NCBI GenBank assembly: GCA_013287015.1
Contig: JABDEO010000002.1
Span: 1-43,103 of the forward strand
Direction: 5' to 3'
Source of the DNA: Chlamydiota bacterium
GTDB lineage: Bacteria > Chlamydiota > Chlamydiia > Chlamydiales > Parachlamydiaceae
DNA length: 43,103 bases
Part shown: positions 9,146 to 17,624 of the stretch, piece by piece
How the letters are laid out: each line of letters begins with the position of its first letter
How positions within the stretch are numbered: the stretch's first letter is position 1
Position numbers and translations under genes: made by a program
Notes under the pieces: model-generated
What the model was told of the DNA's origin: nothing
Seen by the model: the letters and a program-made list of their open reading frames with translations, nothing else
The model's database searches: none

Positions 9146-9772
9146 TTAATCGCACCCAGGATCATGGGCGGCGTTAACCACCAAAGAGGCGACAGCCCCG
9201 CCTAGTAAATTTCCTACTATGAAAATCCAGATGTTTGACCAATGGCTTAAATTGAGAATGGTTATTCCTAATGCAACCGCAGGATTAAAAGCTCCGCTTG
9301 AGATCGCTCCCACAGCATAAGCGCCTGCTAGAACTGTAAAGCCGATCGCCCACCCGAAATATGAATTTCCAGCTGTTTCTTTTACAGTAGCGACATTCAA
9401 TACAACATAACATAAGGCGAAGGTAAAAAGAAATTCCGAAAGGAGAGCTTTAAGATGATCGGGTTCAAGAGGGACCGAGGCGCGTCCTCCTTTGAGATAG
9501 ATAGTCATGAAAGCCGCAGCGGCGCCTCCCGCAAGCTGAGCGATCCAATACAACCACAGATCGCGAAGAGCCAATTTCTTGCGTAAGAAGACTGCTAATG
9601 AAACAGCGGGATTGTAATGTCCTCCGGAAATATGTCCTCCGGCAAAAACCATGACAGCCAACACGGATCCGATAGCTAATGGAGCCAACAACCCCGCATC
9701 GTTGTTAAAAACAGTCATCCCTACAGTCAAAACTAAAAAAAATGCGCCTATAAATTCGTATAGATACTTCAT
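9146..9772 (-). CDS. Aquaporin / MIP-family channel
   Basis: Two NPA boxes (HISGGHYNPAVS and SGAFNPAVA) and six hydrophobic segments. Likely start MKYLYEFIG at 9772, preceded by GGAG; the track ORF extends to 9847. Confidence 0.9.
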   Translation of the reverse strand: MKYLYEFIGAFFLVLTVGMTVFNNDAGLLAPLAIGSVLAVMVFAGGHISGGHYNPAVSLAVFLRKKLALRDLWLYWIAQLAGGAAAAFMTIYLKGGRASVPLEPDHLKALLSEFLFTFALCYVVLNVATVKETAGNSYFGWAIGFTVLAGAYAVGAISSGAFNPAVALGITILNLSHWSNIWIFIVGNLLGGAVASLVVNAAHDPGCD

Positions 9773-9921
9773 GGAAGGCTCCAGTAAATTTATTTCAATA
9801 TAAATGTTACCGCATTTTTTGCCTAAAAAAATGATGCTTGAACTCATCTTGAGCTAACCATTTTAATAAAAAAAACAACAATAAATGGAAAAAAGAAATA
9901 ACAAAAAGAATAAAAAAATGA

Positions 9922-9949
9922 TTGCATTTTTTAAAAAAAAGAATATATT
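9922..9949 (+). promoter_or_regulatory. Candidate sigma-70-type promoter for the 799-aa gene
   Basis: TTGCAT (9922-9927), a 16-nt spacer, then TATATT (9944-9949) in an AT-rich divergent intergenic region. GAGGAG Shine-Dalgarno at 9981-9986. Sequence pattern only. Confidence 0.3.
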
Positions 9950-10000
9950 GAAGAATATAGAGCCACCTCTCTTTCTAATATTAACGCGAGGAGAAAATAT

Positions 10001-12400
10001 ATGACAGAATCAAATAATGTCACTTTTTTTCCATCTAATGGCAATTTTCTTCCATCTATAGAACCTTTCCGGCCGCCTTTTTTAAAAAAAAGCACATTGG
10101 ATTATCCTCCAACTATCAACTCTTCCAAAAAATTTTCTTTTACAGCTCGACTAATAGAGAAATGCAAAAAAGACAAAAACGACATTATTTTCGCAGATTT
10201 ACAGAGCATCCAGACCGAGCGCAGCGATAAACAGAAAAAAAATAGCGGAACTCGCATCATCCTCCCAAGCTTAGCAACTGAAAATGAGCCGGAAAATGCG
10301 AGAACTTCCAGAAAAATCACATCGACCGCCGTCAAAGGACCATTGAAAATCGCACTGCAAGAAAAATCTTTTAATGAAAATAAAAAAACATCCCCTAAGA
10401 ATATTTTTTCTCCTCGAGCCGCCTCGCCTCGAAAGGAATTATCTCCAAAAAGTTTAACCTCCCCTAAAAATACTACGAGGAGAGAGAGATCGCTTTCCGA
10501 TGAGATACATTTTTTTCGACTTACTCAACTAGGGCCTCGCGGCAATTACACACGGCAATTTCAAGAATTTTTAAAATTGAGCGACACGTATAGCATTGCC
10601 AGTGAAGAGGAACAGAAACTTCTTATTAGCGACTTAAGAAAAGAAGCGGAAGCGTTGCGTAAAGAGGCTGATAGGCTCTATAACGTTTTAAAAGGCTTAT
10701 TAATGGCCGTGGACAACATACATCAAATTCCTCGCGAAAAAGAAGAGATCGGTCAATTTTCCAAAGTGTTAATCAAGCAAATTCAATTTTTAGATTTTGG
10801 TTTAAGCTTTCCACATCTGGACAAAGGCTTTGTTTCATTACGAAGAGACTATTTTTACTTTGGACATAATCACGCTCATTTTGCACGCGCCTATGTCGAA
10901 TCCCGCTACCTGAACATGCCCACGATATGGATGAAAACGGGCAGTGGAAAATCTTTTGAATATTTTTGCGGTTACACTTCCCCCGGACGAGACTGGATGG
11001 TCTGCAGCGCCTCCTATCGAGGCGCCATGTGGAAAAATACAACGACAGGCAAATATTCTATAGATAAACAACAGGGAAGCGAATGGATGGAGATCAATTT
11101 GCACAAGCCCTTGCCGATATGGAAAGATCAAAAAACCGGAGAATACGCCTGCAGTGTTTCTGTTTTGGGCGCGGATTGGCAAGAATTACAAGAAATGGAA
11201 ATCCTCCAATTACTCGCCGATGCAGGAAAAAATGTTGAAACTTTTCATCATGCTGGATTGGAAAACACTTTGAAAAAGGCCGTGGACGATGCGCTTACAT
11301 CGCCTTCTTCATCCCGTAAACTCCCTATGGTTAAAGAGACCGTCGATCAGTTGAGGGTCGCTCAAGATACGCTCAAAAGGCGACAATTAATGCAAATGCA
11401 CCTGGATGCGAAATTTGCAAAATTGTCCGTTGATTGGGACAGAGCTCCAAACGCCACGACGCTAAAAGTCGCTCGCCCGGGAACTACCAGGGAGACGATC
11501 GCATGTGGGAAAAAGAAAAGCCCGATGGAGCTTCCGTCATTTTCCCAAGTTAAGGATTATGTAACGCGGATGGGAGGAGTGGAAGCTTTCATCGATTGCA
11601 AAATGTGTTTAGAGGACCTTTTGGCTTTCTATAAATTCATAAATGCGCATCGATTCTCAGTAAAAGAAAATAATAAAGAGGCTCAATGGAGCCTTGCGAC
11701 ATGCTCTCAACTTAAACAAGCGATTCTGACTATACTGTCGACAACAAAAAAAGAGGACGCTCAAAGCAAAATGCGACATTCTATAAAATTTGCACCGGAA
11801 GTCGCGCTGGATGGAAAAATATACGAGATAAGGAACAAACAAGTAAAATATGAAACATTCAATAGGCATTTGTTAAAAATTCAAAAGCGAAGCGCGATAT
11901 TGACGTTTGAAGATTTAACGGCGATGGAAAAAATAGAAAATTGCGGAAAGCAAATCGTCAGAGCTTTTGAACGAGAACTTTGGAGAGATTGGAGTCGACA
12001 AATCGAAAAAGAAACAGCCAAGTTATTACAAGAAGAAATGCAGGGACTGCTTGACATCGAAGATTCAATGGAAACAATACAAAAAGTCGCTGAAGAACGG
12101 GTCATGAATACAATGGGGCAGGTGTACCCGATGCTTGTTTACACATTTGACGAAATACTGAACAAATTAGCTGATGAGGTTGAAGCGGGAATTCTTAATA
12201 AAAAAATAATTATAGAAGGAATGCTTCTTGAAATAGAACAGAGCATCTGGCGTAAGGAGGATGCATTAGCCGTAGAAGAACAGATGTCCGATGATTTGAT
12301 CATGGAAGGAATACAACTTCTAAAAGAAATATTCGAAAATCCTCATTTGAGAATAACGCTAGAAGGTTTTTTCCTTAAACAAGAAGTCGTCAAGCAATAG
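10001..12400 (+). CDS. Large hypothetical protein with a disordered Ser/Lys/Pro-rich N-terminal region and a coiled-coil-rich C-terminal half; candidate effector
   Basis: 799-aa ORF with a good Shine-Dalgarno. Five S-P-[KR] motifs at residues 131-156. Glu/Lys-rich heptad-like segments in the C-terminal 250 aa. No family recognised. Confidence 0.7.
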   Translation: MTESNNVTFFPSNGNFLPSIEPFRPPFLKKSTLDYPPTINSSKKFSFTARLIEKCKKDKNDIIFADLQSIQTERSDKQKKNSGTRIILPSLATENEPENARTSRKITSTAVKGPLKIALQEKSFNENKKTSPKNIFSPRAASPRKELSPKSLTSPKNTTRRERSLSDEIHFFRLTQLGPRGNYTRQFQEFLKLSDTYSIASEEEQKLLISDLRKEAEALRKEADRLYNVLKGLLMAVDNIHQIPREKEEIGQFSKVLIKQIQFLDFGLSFPHLDKGFVSLRRDYFYFGHNHAHFARAYVESRYLNMPTIWMKTGSGKSFEYFCGYTSPGRDWMVCSASYRGAMWKNTTTGKYSIDKQQGSEWMEINLHKPLPIWKDQKTGEYACSVSVLGADWQELQEMEILQLLADAGKNVETFHHAGLENTLKKAVDDALTSPSSSRKLPMVKETVDQLRVAQDTLKRRQLMQMHLDAKFAKLSVDWDRAPNATTLKVARPGTTRETIACGKKKSPMELPSFSQVKDYVTRMGGVEAFIDCKMCLEDLLAFYKFINAHRFSVKENNKEAQWSLATCSQLKQAILTILSTTKKEDAQSKMRHSIKFAPEVALDGKIYEIRNKQVKYETFNRHLLKIQKRSAILTFEDLTAMEKIENCGKQIVRAFERELWRDWSRQIEKETAKLLQEEMQGLLDIEDSMETIQKVAEERVMNTMGQVYPMLVYTFDEILNKLADEVEAGILNKKIIIEGMLLEIEQSIWRKEDALAVEEQMSDDLIMEGIQLLKEIFENPHLRITLEGFFLKQEVVKQ

Positions 12401-12443
12401 GGCGACTGGCTACCTTCCTTAGCCCTCACTTTTAATTGCACCC
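12400..12443. repeat. Solo half-copy of the CCTTCCTTAGCCCTCACTTTTAATTGCACCC cassette
   Basis: GGGCGACTGGCTACCTTCCTTAGCCCTCACTTTTAATTGCACCC matches 31612-31659, and matches 31018-31053 in reverse complement. Confidence 0.9.
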
Positions 12444-12486
12444 ATAGTTTTGGAAGAACTGGACTTGTACAAAATTTTCCGTAATA

Positions 12487-13878
12487 ATGCTTAGAATAAT
12501 CCAAAACGAGCTGAGAAAGACCTTGTTTAAAATCTTGACCCCCCCCTTATCATGCACACAGGTGTTTGATCGAAAATCTTCATTAATTCTTGTATTGCTA
12601 TGCTTGCCTCTTCTCTTCTTTCCAAAAATTAATCTAATCAAACTCTCACAAGGAGAAACAGCTGGTTTACGCATTGACGACCTCATCTTATTCTTCTTTT
12701 CGATCGTTCTCTTATGGGCTCATTTTTCTATGCGGAATTTTTTTTTTAAAATTGAATTGTGGGTGTTTGCACTCGTCTGTTTCTCATTTTTCTCTTACTT
12801 CTCTAATAAAATATTGGTTCTAATAGAGGTTTTACCTGTAAATTCGAAAATTTTTTACTGCGTCCGTATTTTCGAATATTTTTTGTTTTTCTATGTGGGA
12901 GCGATGGCCTCCCAGTTTTTTAGAGAAAATCGGATTATTAAGGCGTTTTTTATTTGGAATTTAAGTTTGATGTTGTTGCAAAAGGCCGGAGTGATAGGAG
13001 AGTTCAACTCTATGTCAGGATATAACGCCGAAGGAGCGTATCGCGTTTCGGGAATTGCATCGTTTCCATCTGAAATGGGAGCTCTTTTAAATTTGATGTT
13101 TTGTTATTTTCTTTTCGAACCTCCACAAAACGCAAAAAGTTCTTCATTGCTTCCATCGCTATTAAAAAGAATAATTCAGCGCACCTATATCTACTGGTTA
13201 TTTTTTTTATTTGCCGTTCTCGTGATTTTAACAGGATCGCGCATCGCTCTTGTTGCGCTCATCCTCCCGTTTTTCGTAAAATTAAAAGAGGAATTTCGTT
13301 CAAGGAATATAGAATCGGTCTTTGCCGCGATGTTTTTTTTGCTATTCGCTACAGCTATTTTATTTTTCTTTATTGCCAATACGGAATCCATCGCAACGCG
13401 CAGCCAGGGTTTATTATCGTGGCGCAATCTTGATTTAGTGAAAAATGTCTGGCAAGTCCAAGATATCACATTGGGATCCGATGATGTCAATGAGATCTCT
13501 TATGAAGGCTATGACTTGAGCTGGTGGATCCGCATCCATAAATGGTGCTATGCATTAAAAATGTATGTGTCGCACCCGGAAAACTATTTGCAAGGGATAG
13601 GACCTGGTTTTGCCTGGTTGGCGTTGGATGGCGGATTGTTGCGTATTTTGGTTGAATACGGACTGCTCGGCTGCGTCATTTTTTGGCGCCTTTTTCGCTC
13701 CATTTCGCAACAGAATGTACAGCTGAAATGGATGGTTGTCGCCCTAGTGATCAATATGATTTTCTTTGACAGTTATTTGGCTTATAAGCCGATGAGCCTG
13801 CTTTTCTTTGTCGCCGGATACGCCCACTCGCAGGGCGCACAGACCCGAGACAATTGCAAAAGTCTTATGCAAAGGTGA
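12487..13878 (+). CDS. O-antigen ligase family (Wzy_C/WaaL-like) polytopic membrane protein
   Basis: 463 aa with about 10-12 hydrophobic segments. It has the family-typical ILTGSRIALVALILPFF block followed by a large loop. It lies next to a wzm/wzt locus, where a ligase rather than a polymerase is expected. Confidence 0.7.
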   Translation: MLRIIQNELRKTLFKILTPPLSCTQVFDRKSSLILVLLCLPLLFFPKINLIKLSQGETAGLRIDDLILFFFSIVLLWAHFSMRNFFFKIELWVFALVCFSFFSYFSNKILVLIEVLPVNSKIFYCVRIFEYFLFFYVGAMASQFFRENRIIKAFFIWNLSLMLLQKAGVIGEFNSMSGYNAEGAYRVSGIASFPSEMGALLNLMFCYFLFEPPQNAKSSSLLPSLLKRIIQRTYIYWLFFLFAVLVILTGSRIALVALILPFFVKLKEEFRSRNIESVFAAMFFLLFATAILFFFIANTESIATRSQGLLSWRNLDLVKNVWQVQDITLGSDDVNEISYEGYDLSWWIRIHKWCYALKMYVSHPENYLQGIGPGFAWLALDGGLLRILVEYGLLGCVIFWRLFRSISQQNVQLKWMVVALVINMIFFDSYLAYKPMSLLFFVAGYAHSQGAQTRDNCKSLMQR

Positions 13879-14031
13879 GCGCTTACCCCTCTCTGTGCTC
13901 TCTGTGGGCTCTGTGGCAGCCAAAAAGCCTTAAATTGAATCATTTTAAGGCTTTATATCCACCACAGAGCCCACAGAGAGCACAGAGAGGGATAAGCGCT
14001 CACCTTTGCATATTATCCAAGACTTTTGCAA
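13854..14031. repeat. Palindromic element (arms of about 63-70 bp) with an inner CCTTAAATTGAATCATTTTAAGG hairpin
   Basis: TTGCAAAAGTCTTATGCAAAGGTGAGCGCTTACCCCTCTCTGTGCTCTCTGTGGGCTCTGTGG (13854-13916) pairs with CCACAGAGCCCACAGAGAGCACAGAGAGGGATAAGCGCTCACCTTTGCATATTATCCAAGACTTTTGCAA (13962-14031). The left arm contains the last codons and the TGA of the upstream gene. Confidence 0.95.
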
Positions 14032-14047
14032 CTGAGTTCTTCTCAGG

Positions 14048-15349
14048 TTAACTTTTTTGAGAACGCAATTGGTACAATAGTTCATGATAGATGGCTCGAG
14101 GCCCTCGAAGCTCATAGAAAGAAGAACAGATGCGACCGATATCGCGCATTGTGAGAGACCCCTTAGGCTGCTCAGCCAAATAGCGAGTAAGTCGATCGAT
14201 GGGCTCTACAATATGTTCCCAATAAAATTGCGGACGGATTTTATCGAGATTTTTTTGAATTTGTTGTTTCGATTCAGAACCAAGAATATGTTTAACGGCT
14301 TGGACGATCGCTTCAACATCATGATAAGGGACAACGACGCCGAGCCCGCAGCTTTCGATGAGATGCGCGAAAGAATCTCCCTGGGTCGCGATCATAGGCA
14401 AACCAGCCCAAATGTAATCTAGGATGCGCGTACGGAAAGCGTAATGCGTTTCCAGATGTTCTGCATGGGTCGATACGCCAATATCAGCTTCCAGCAAAAA
14501 ATCTTGACGCTGTTCGTATGGAGTCCACCCGTAGTTAAAAAACACATATTTATCGAGAAGTTCCAACTCTTTCGCCAAGTGCACCGAATCCAACGCCATT
14601 TTCATTGCGGGCATGCGTTCATTAGGATGTTTGACGCCCATGAACACCAAATGTATGGGGCAGTCCTCCATGCTGAGACGCTTGACCGCCCGAATAAGCG
14701 TGAGTGGATCGAACCAATTCCAGACGCCGCCGCCCCAGAGCATGACTTTGTCGCTCTCTTTGAGATTAAACATTTTTTTTAGACCATTCCCGCTGTGTCT
14801 TGGTGGAAGAGAAGGCAGTCCGAATGGCACGATATCAATCAAATTTTTTAAAGTAGGATCCGCATCATAGGTTGAAGGCGTAATGCGTTGCAATCCCATC
14901 AATAGTCCGCACCATAGATCGCGCTGTTTAACGTTGGCGCATAAGACAGCGTCCGCCATTTGAAAAGAAAACACCATACCATTGACGACTTGTCGATTTT
15001 TATGGTCTCGCAAATGCGAGGGAAGCGACTTAAAGCGTTCTAGATTCTCAAGAGGCATTGGGTCATAGGCGTCTAAGATGATCTTCACGCCCAAGCGTTT
15101 TGCGTGCCAAGCCATCCAATGTGTAACAGCTTGTGTGACGATCACATCGGCGTCTTTCATTTCCATGACCAGCGTTTGGCGGGTGCGTTGTTTCATTGCA
15201 AAACCTTCAGGGACTAGGTCCGATCGATTGGGAGTGAGCAATACGACCTGATGTCGCTTTGACAGAGCCTTGGCAAACTCCCAATAGCGGATGGCCGGAC
15301 CCGCCATCGATGTCCCTACAACTTCAAAGCAGTGCAAAATAATCTTCAT
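14048..15349 (-). CDS. Glycosyltransferase, GT-B fold (GT1/GT4 family)
   Basis: 433 aa. The C-terminal half is typical of GT4 enzymes (STHAEHLETHYAFRTRILDYIWAGLPMIATQGDSFAHLIE). It starts 4 nt downstream of wzt. Confidence 0.8.
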   Translation of the reverse strand: MKIILHCFEVVGTSMAGPAIRYWEFAKALSKRHQVVLLTPNRSDLVPEGFAMKQRTRQTLVMEMKDADVIVTQAVTHWMAWHAKRLGVKIILDAYDPMPLENLERFKSLPSHLRDHKNRQVVNGMVFSFQMADAVLCANVKQRDLWCGLLMGLQRITPSTYDADPTLKNLIDIVPFGLPSLPPRHSGNGLKKMFNLKESDKVMLWGGGVWNWFDPLTLIRAVKRLSMEDCPIHLVFMGVKHPNERMPAMKMALDSVHLAKELELLDKYVFFNYGWTPYEQRQDFLLEADIGVSTHAEHLETHYAFRTRILDYIWAGLPMIATQGDSFAHLIESCGLGVVVPYHDVEAIVQAVKHILGSESKQQIQKNLDKIRPQFYWEHIVEPIDRLTRYLAEQPKGSLTMRDIGRICSSFYELRGPRAIYHELLYQLRSQKS

Positions 15350-15353
15350 GATT

Positions 15354-16619
15354 TTAATTCCTTAACTGCCAGTTTTTTCCTAACGAAACACCCTCTATTC
15401 CCGGGGAATGAGCGAATCGTGTGTTTTTCTTAATGGGATAGATGGGAAATTTCAAAATAATTTCGTCGTTTAGAATTTTCTTTTTATTATGAATAGAGGA
15501 GTCCACTTTCAATAAGTATTCTCCTTCATGAAAAAGATCGGCCTCGATTATAAGAAACGCGCAGTGACGTCCCGGAGTGACAAAATTTTGTTCACTGTCC
15601 ACATCATCGATTGTATGAGCGCGGGCCAAAAGCTGATTGCGCTGATTCCAAACTCCGACTCCAAAAAATAGATCGGGAGTAGGCCGCAGCGTTTCATATT
15701 CAATTTCAACGCGGATTTTCTCACCTTGATAAAAAAACTCTTGATTTTCTTTCTCAGGCGTTAACCGAACGCGATGAAAACGAATGTGTTCATCCCCAGC
15801 GTTCCCTTCCCAGCAAAGGGTGTGGGCATGGCAAGTTTGCATATATGCGTTAACACATTGGTCCATGGAGCCGGACGCTTTGACGATGCCTTTTTCTAAA
15901 AAAACTCCTTTATTGCATAAACTCAACGCTGAACCAATGTCATGACTGACAAAGATGACTGTCCGCCCGCTGCCGCTTAAGCGATTCAGTTTTTGGAGGC
16001 ATTTTGCTTGAAATTTAGCGTCGCCCACGGCAAGCACCTCATCGACAATCAGCAAATCGGGATCGAGATGCGCAGCGATTGCGAAGCCGAGACGCATATA
16101 CATTCCGCTGGAAAATCGTTTTACGGGAGTATCTAGAAAATTTTCGATTTCAGCGAAAGCGGCAATTTCATCGAATTTCTGTTTGATCTCCTGATGACGC
16201 ATGCCCAAGATGGCTCCATTTAAAAAAATATTTTCCCTTCCGGTCAATTCAGGATGAAATCCCGTTCCCACTTCAAGCAGACTTGCAACCCGCCCCCGCA
16301 ATTTAATGCGTCCAGTCGTGGGCAGAGTGATGCGCGACAGAATCTTGAGCAGTGTGGATTTACCGGCGCCATTTCCGCCTACAATTCCGACACGATCCCC
16401 CTCTTCAATGGAGAGATTGACATTTTGCAACGCCCAAAAATCCTCATGGACGCTTTTAAAAGGCGCTGACGCGCCGGTGAAAGGATGCCGAATTTTCTGA
16501 ATGCATCGCTTTGCCTGCCGTGACAGCGTTCCGACCAAAGTTGCATATGCTTCATGTGAGCCGTGCGACAACCGATATTTCTTGGAAACATTCTCTATTT
16601 CGACAATTTTTTTCGCCAT
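15354..16619 (-). CDS. wzt: Polysaccharide/O-antigen ABC exporter ATP-binding protein Wzt (TagH-like) with a C-terminal carbohydrate-binding-type domain
   Basis: Walker A GGNGAGKST, ABC signature SSGMYMRLGFA and Walker B LLIVDEVLAVGD. A C-terminal extension of about 150 aa is rich in beta-strand pattern, as in Wzt_C domains. Confidence 0.9.
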   Translation of the reverse strand: MAKKIVEIENVSKKYRLSHGSHEAYATLVGTLSRQAKRCIQKIRHPFTGASAPFKSVHEDFWALQNVNLSIEEGDRVGIVGGNGAGKSTLLKILSRITLPTTGRIKLRGRVASLLEVGTGFHPELTGRENIFLNGAILGMRHQEIKQKFDEIAAFAEIENFLDTPVKRFSSGMYMRLGFAIAAHLDPDLLIVDEVLAVGDAKFQAKCLQKLNRLSGSGRTVIFVSHDIGSALSLCNKGVFLEKGIVKASGSMDQCVNAYMQTCHAHTLCWEGNAGDEHIRFHRVRLTPEKENQEFFYQGEKIRVEIEYETLRPTPDLFFGVGVWNQRNQLLARAHTIDDVDSEQNFVTPGRHCAFLIIEADLFHEGEYLLKVDSSIHNKKKILNDEIILKFPIYPIKKNTRFAHSPGIEGVSLGKNWQLRN

Positions 16620-16710
16620 GGCTAGCGCTCCATCAAGTTTACAATTTCGGATTGTGCTGCGGCAAGGCCCAATGTCATTAAGTTAAAAAACATAATATAT
16701 ATTAAAGTAA

Positions 16711-16785
16711 ACGCTTACGGGCTCTGTGGTTGATATAAAACCTTAAATTGAATCATTTTAAGGCTTTTTGGCAACCACAGAGCGC
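16711..16785. repeat. Short palindromic element of the CCTTAAATTGAATCATTTTAAGG family, located inside the wzm-wzt spacer
   Basis: ACGCTTACGGGCTCTGTGGTTG...CCTTAAATTGAATCATTTTAAGG...CAACCACAGAGC. It shares the core and the CTCTGTGG/CCACAGAG arms with 13854-14031. Confidence 0.9.
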
Positions 16786-17624
16786 TAGATCTGATCCGCA
16801 AATGTTTGTTCTGTTTTCCGAAAATAAAGCACGCCCGTCCATAAAATCACAAGAGTGATTGCGATGGAAAAACCGATGGAGAACGGCATTTGCGGGTAAG
16901 AGATTCCAAAAAACACCCAACGAAAGCCATCAATAACTCCACTCATTGGGTTCAAAAAATAAAGCCATCGCCACGGTTCCGGGATGATGAATGTCCCATA
17001 TCCAACTGGAGAAATAAACATTCCAAACTGAACAAAAAAAGGAATCATTATCCGAAAATCCCGGTATTTGACTGTAAGAGCTGAAAGCCATAAGCCCGTC
17101 CCGACGCATAGGGACGCCGCAAGCAGGAGAAATAGAGGAAAACAGAGAAAAGTCCATGGGTTAAGAACTCCCAGAAAGAGGCTAAGCGCAATAAGTAGAA
17201 AAGCCGTGATGGCGAAATCAACAAGATGGACAATGATTTGTGAAGCGGGGATGATCATGCGCGGAAAATAAATTTTCGACACAAGCGGCGCATTATTGAT
17301 TAGACTGTTGCAAGTGTCTACGGCGCTGCTGGAATAGAGCTGCCAAGGCAGCATTGCCGCCAACACAAATAAAGGATAATTTACGTGATCTGAAGAAAAA
17401 TTTGCAATTTTTCCAAAAAGAAAGGCAAAGACAAGCATATTCAATAAAGGACGTAAAAGCGCCCAAGCCACGCCAAAAAACGCCTGTTTGTAACGAACCA
17501 GAATGTCTCGCCAGGCGAGAAAATAAAACAACTCACGGCAGCGAAAAATATCCTTTAAATATTCTCGTTGAGGCAGTGAAGGATCGACAACTAAATAAAA
17601 TTCCTGAGCGTGTTCTTTAGTCAT
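16785..17624 (-). CDS. wzm: ABC-2 type polysaccharide exporter permease Wzm (TagG-like)
   Basis: 279 aa with six hydrophobic segments and an ABC-2 family N-terminal block (RELFYFLAWRDILVRYKQAFFGVAWALLRPLL). It overlaps the upstream GT2 gene by 4 nt. Confidence 0.88.
   Translation of the reverse strand: MTKEHAQEFYLVVDPSLPQREYLKDIFRCRELFYFLAWRDILVRYKQAFFGVAWALLRPLLNMLVFAFLFGKIANFSSDHVNYPLFVLAAMLPWQLYSSSAVDTCNSLINNAPLVSKIYFPRMIIPASQIIVHLVDFAITAFLLIALSLFLGVLNPWTFLCFPLFLLLAASLCVGTGLWLSALTVKYRDFRIMIPFFVQFGMFISPVGYGTFIIPEPWRWLYFLNPMSGVIDGFRWVFFGISYPQMPFSIGFSIAITLVILWTGVLYFRKTEQTFADQI

Noticed and set aside
13854-14051. 65-aa ORF on the plus strand; likewise 23963..24190, 37891..38196, 37949..38206, 28318..28566 and 28656..28874
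   Set aside because: All lie entirely inside palindromic repeat elements. They have low-complexity or repeat-dictated sequence and no Shine-Dalgarno. Mirror ORFs on the other strand arise automatically from the symmetry.
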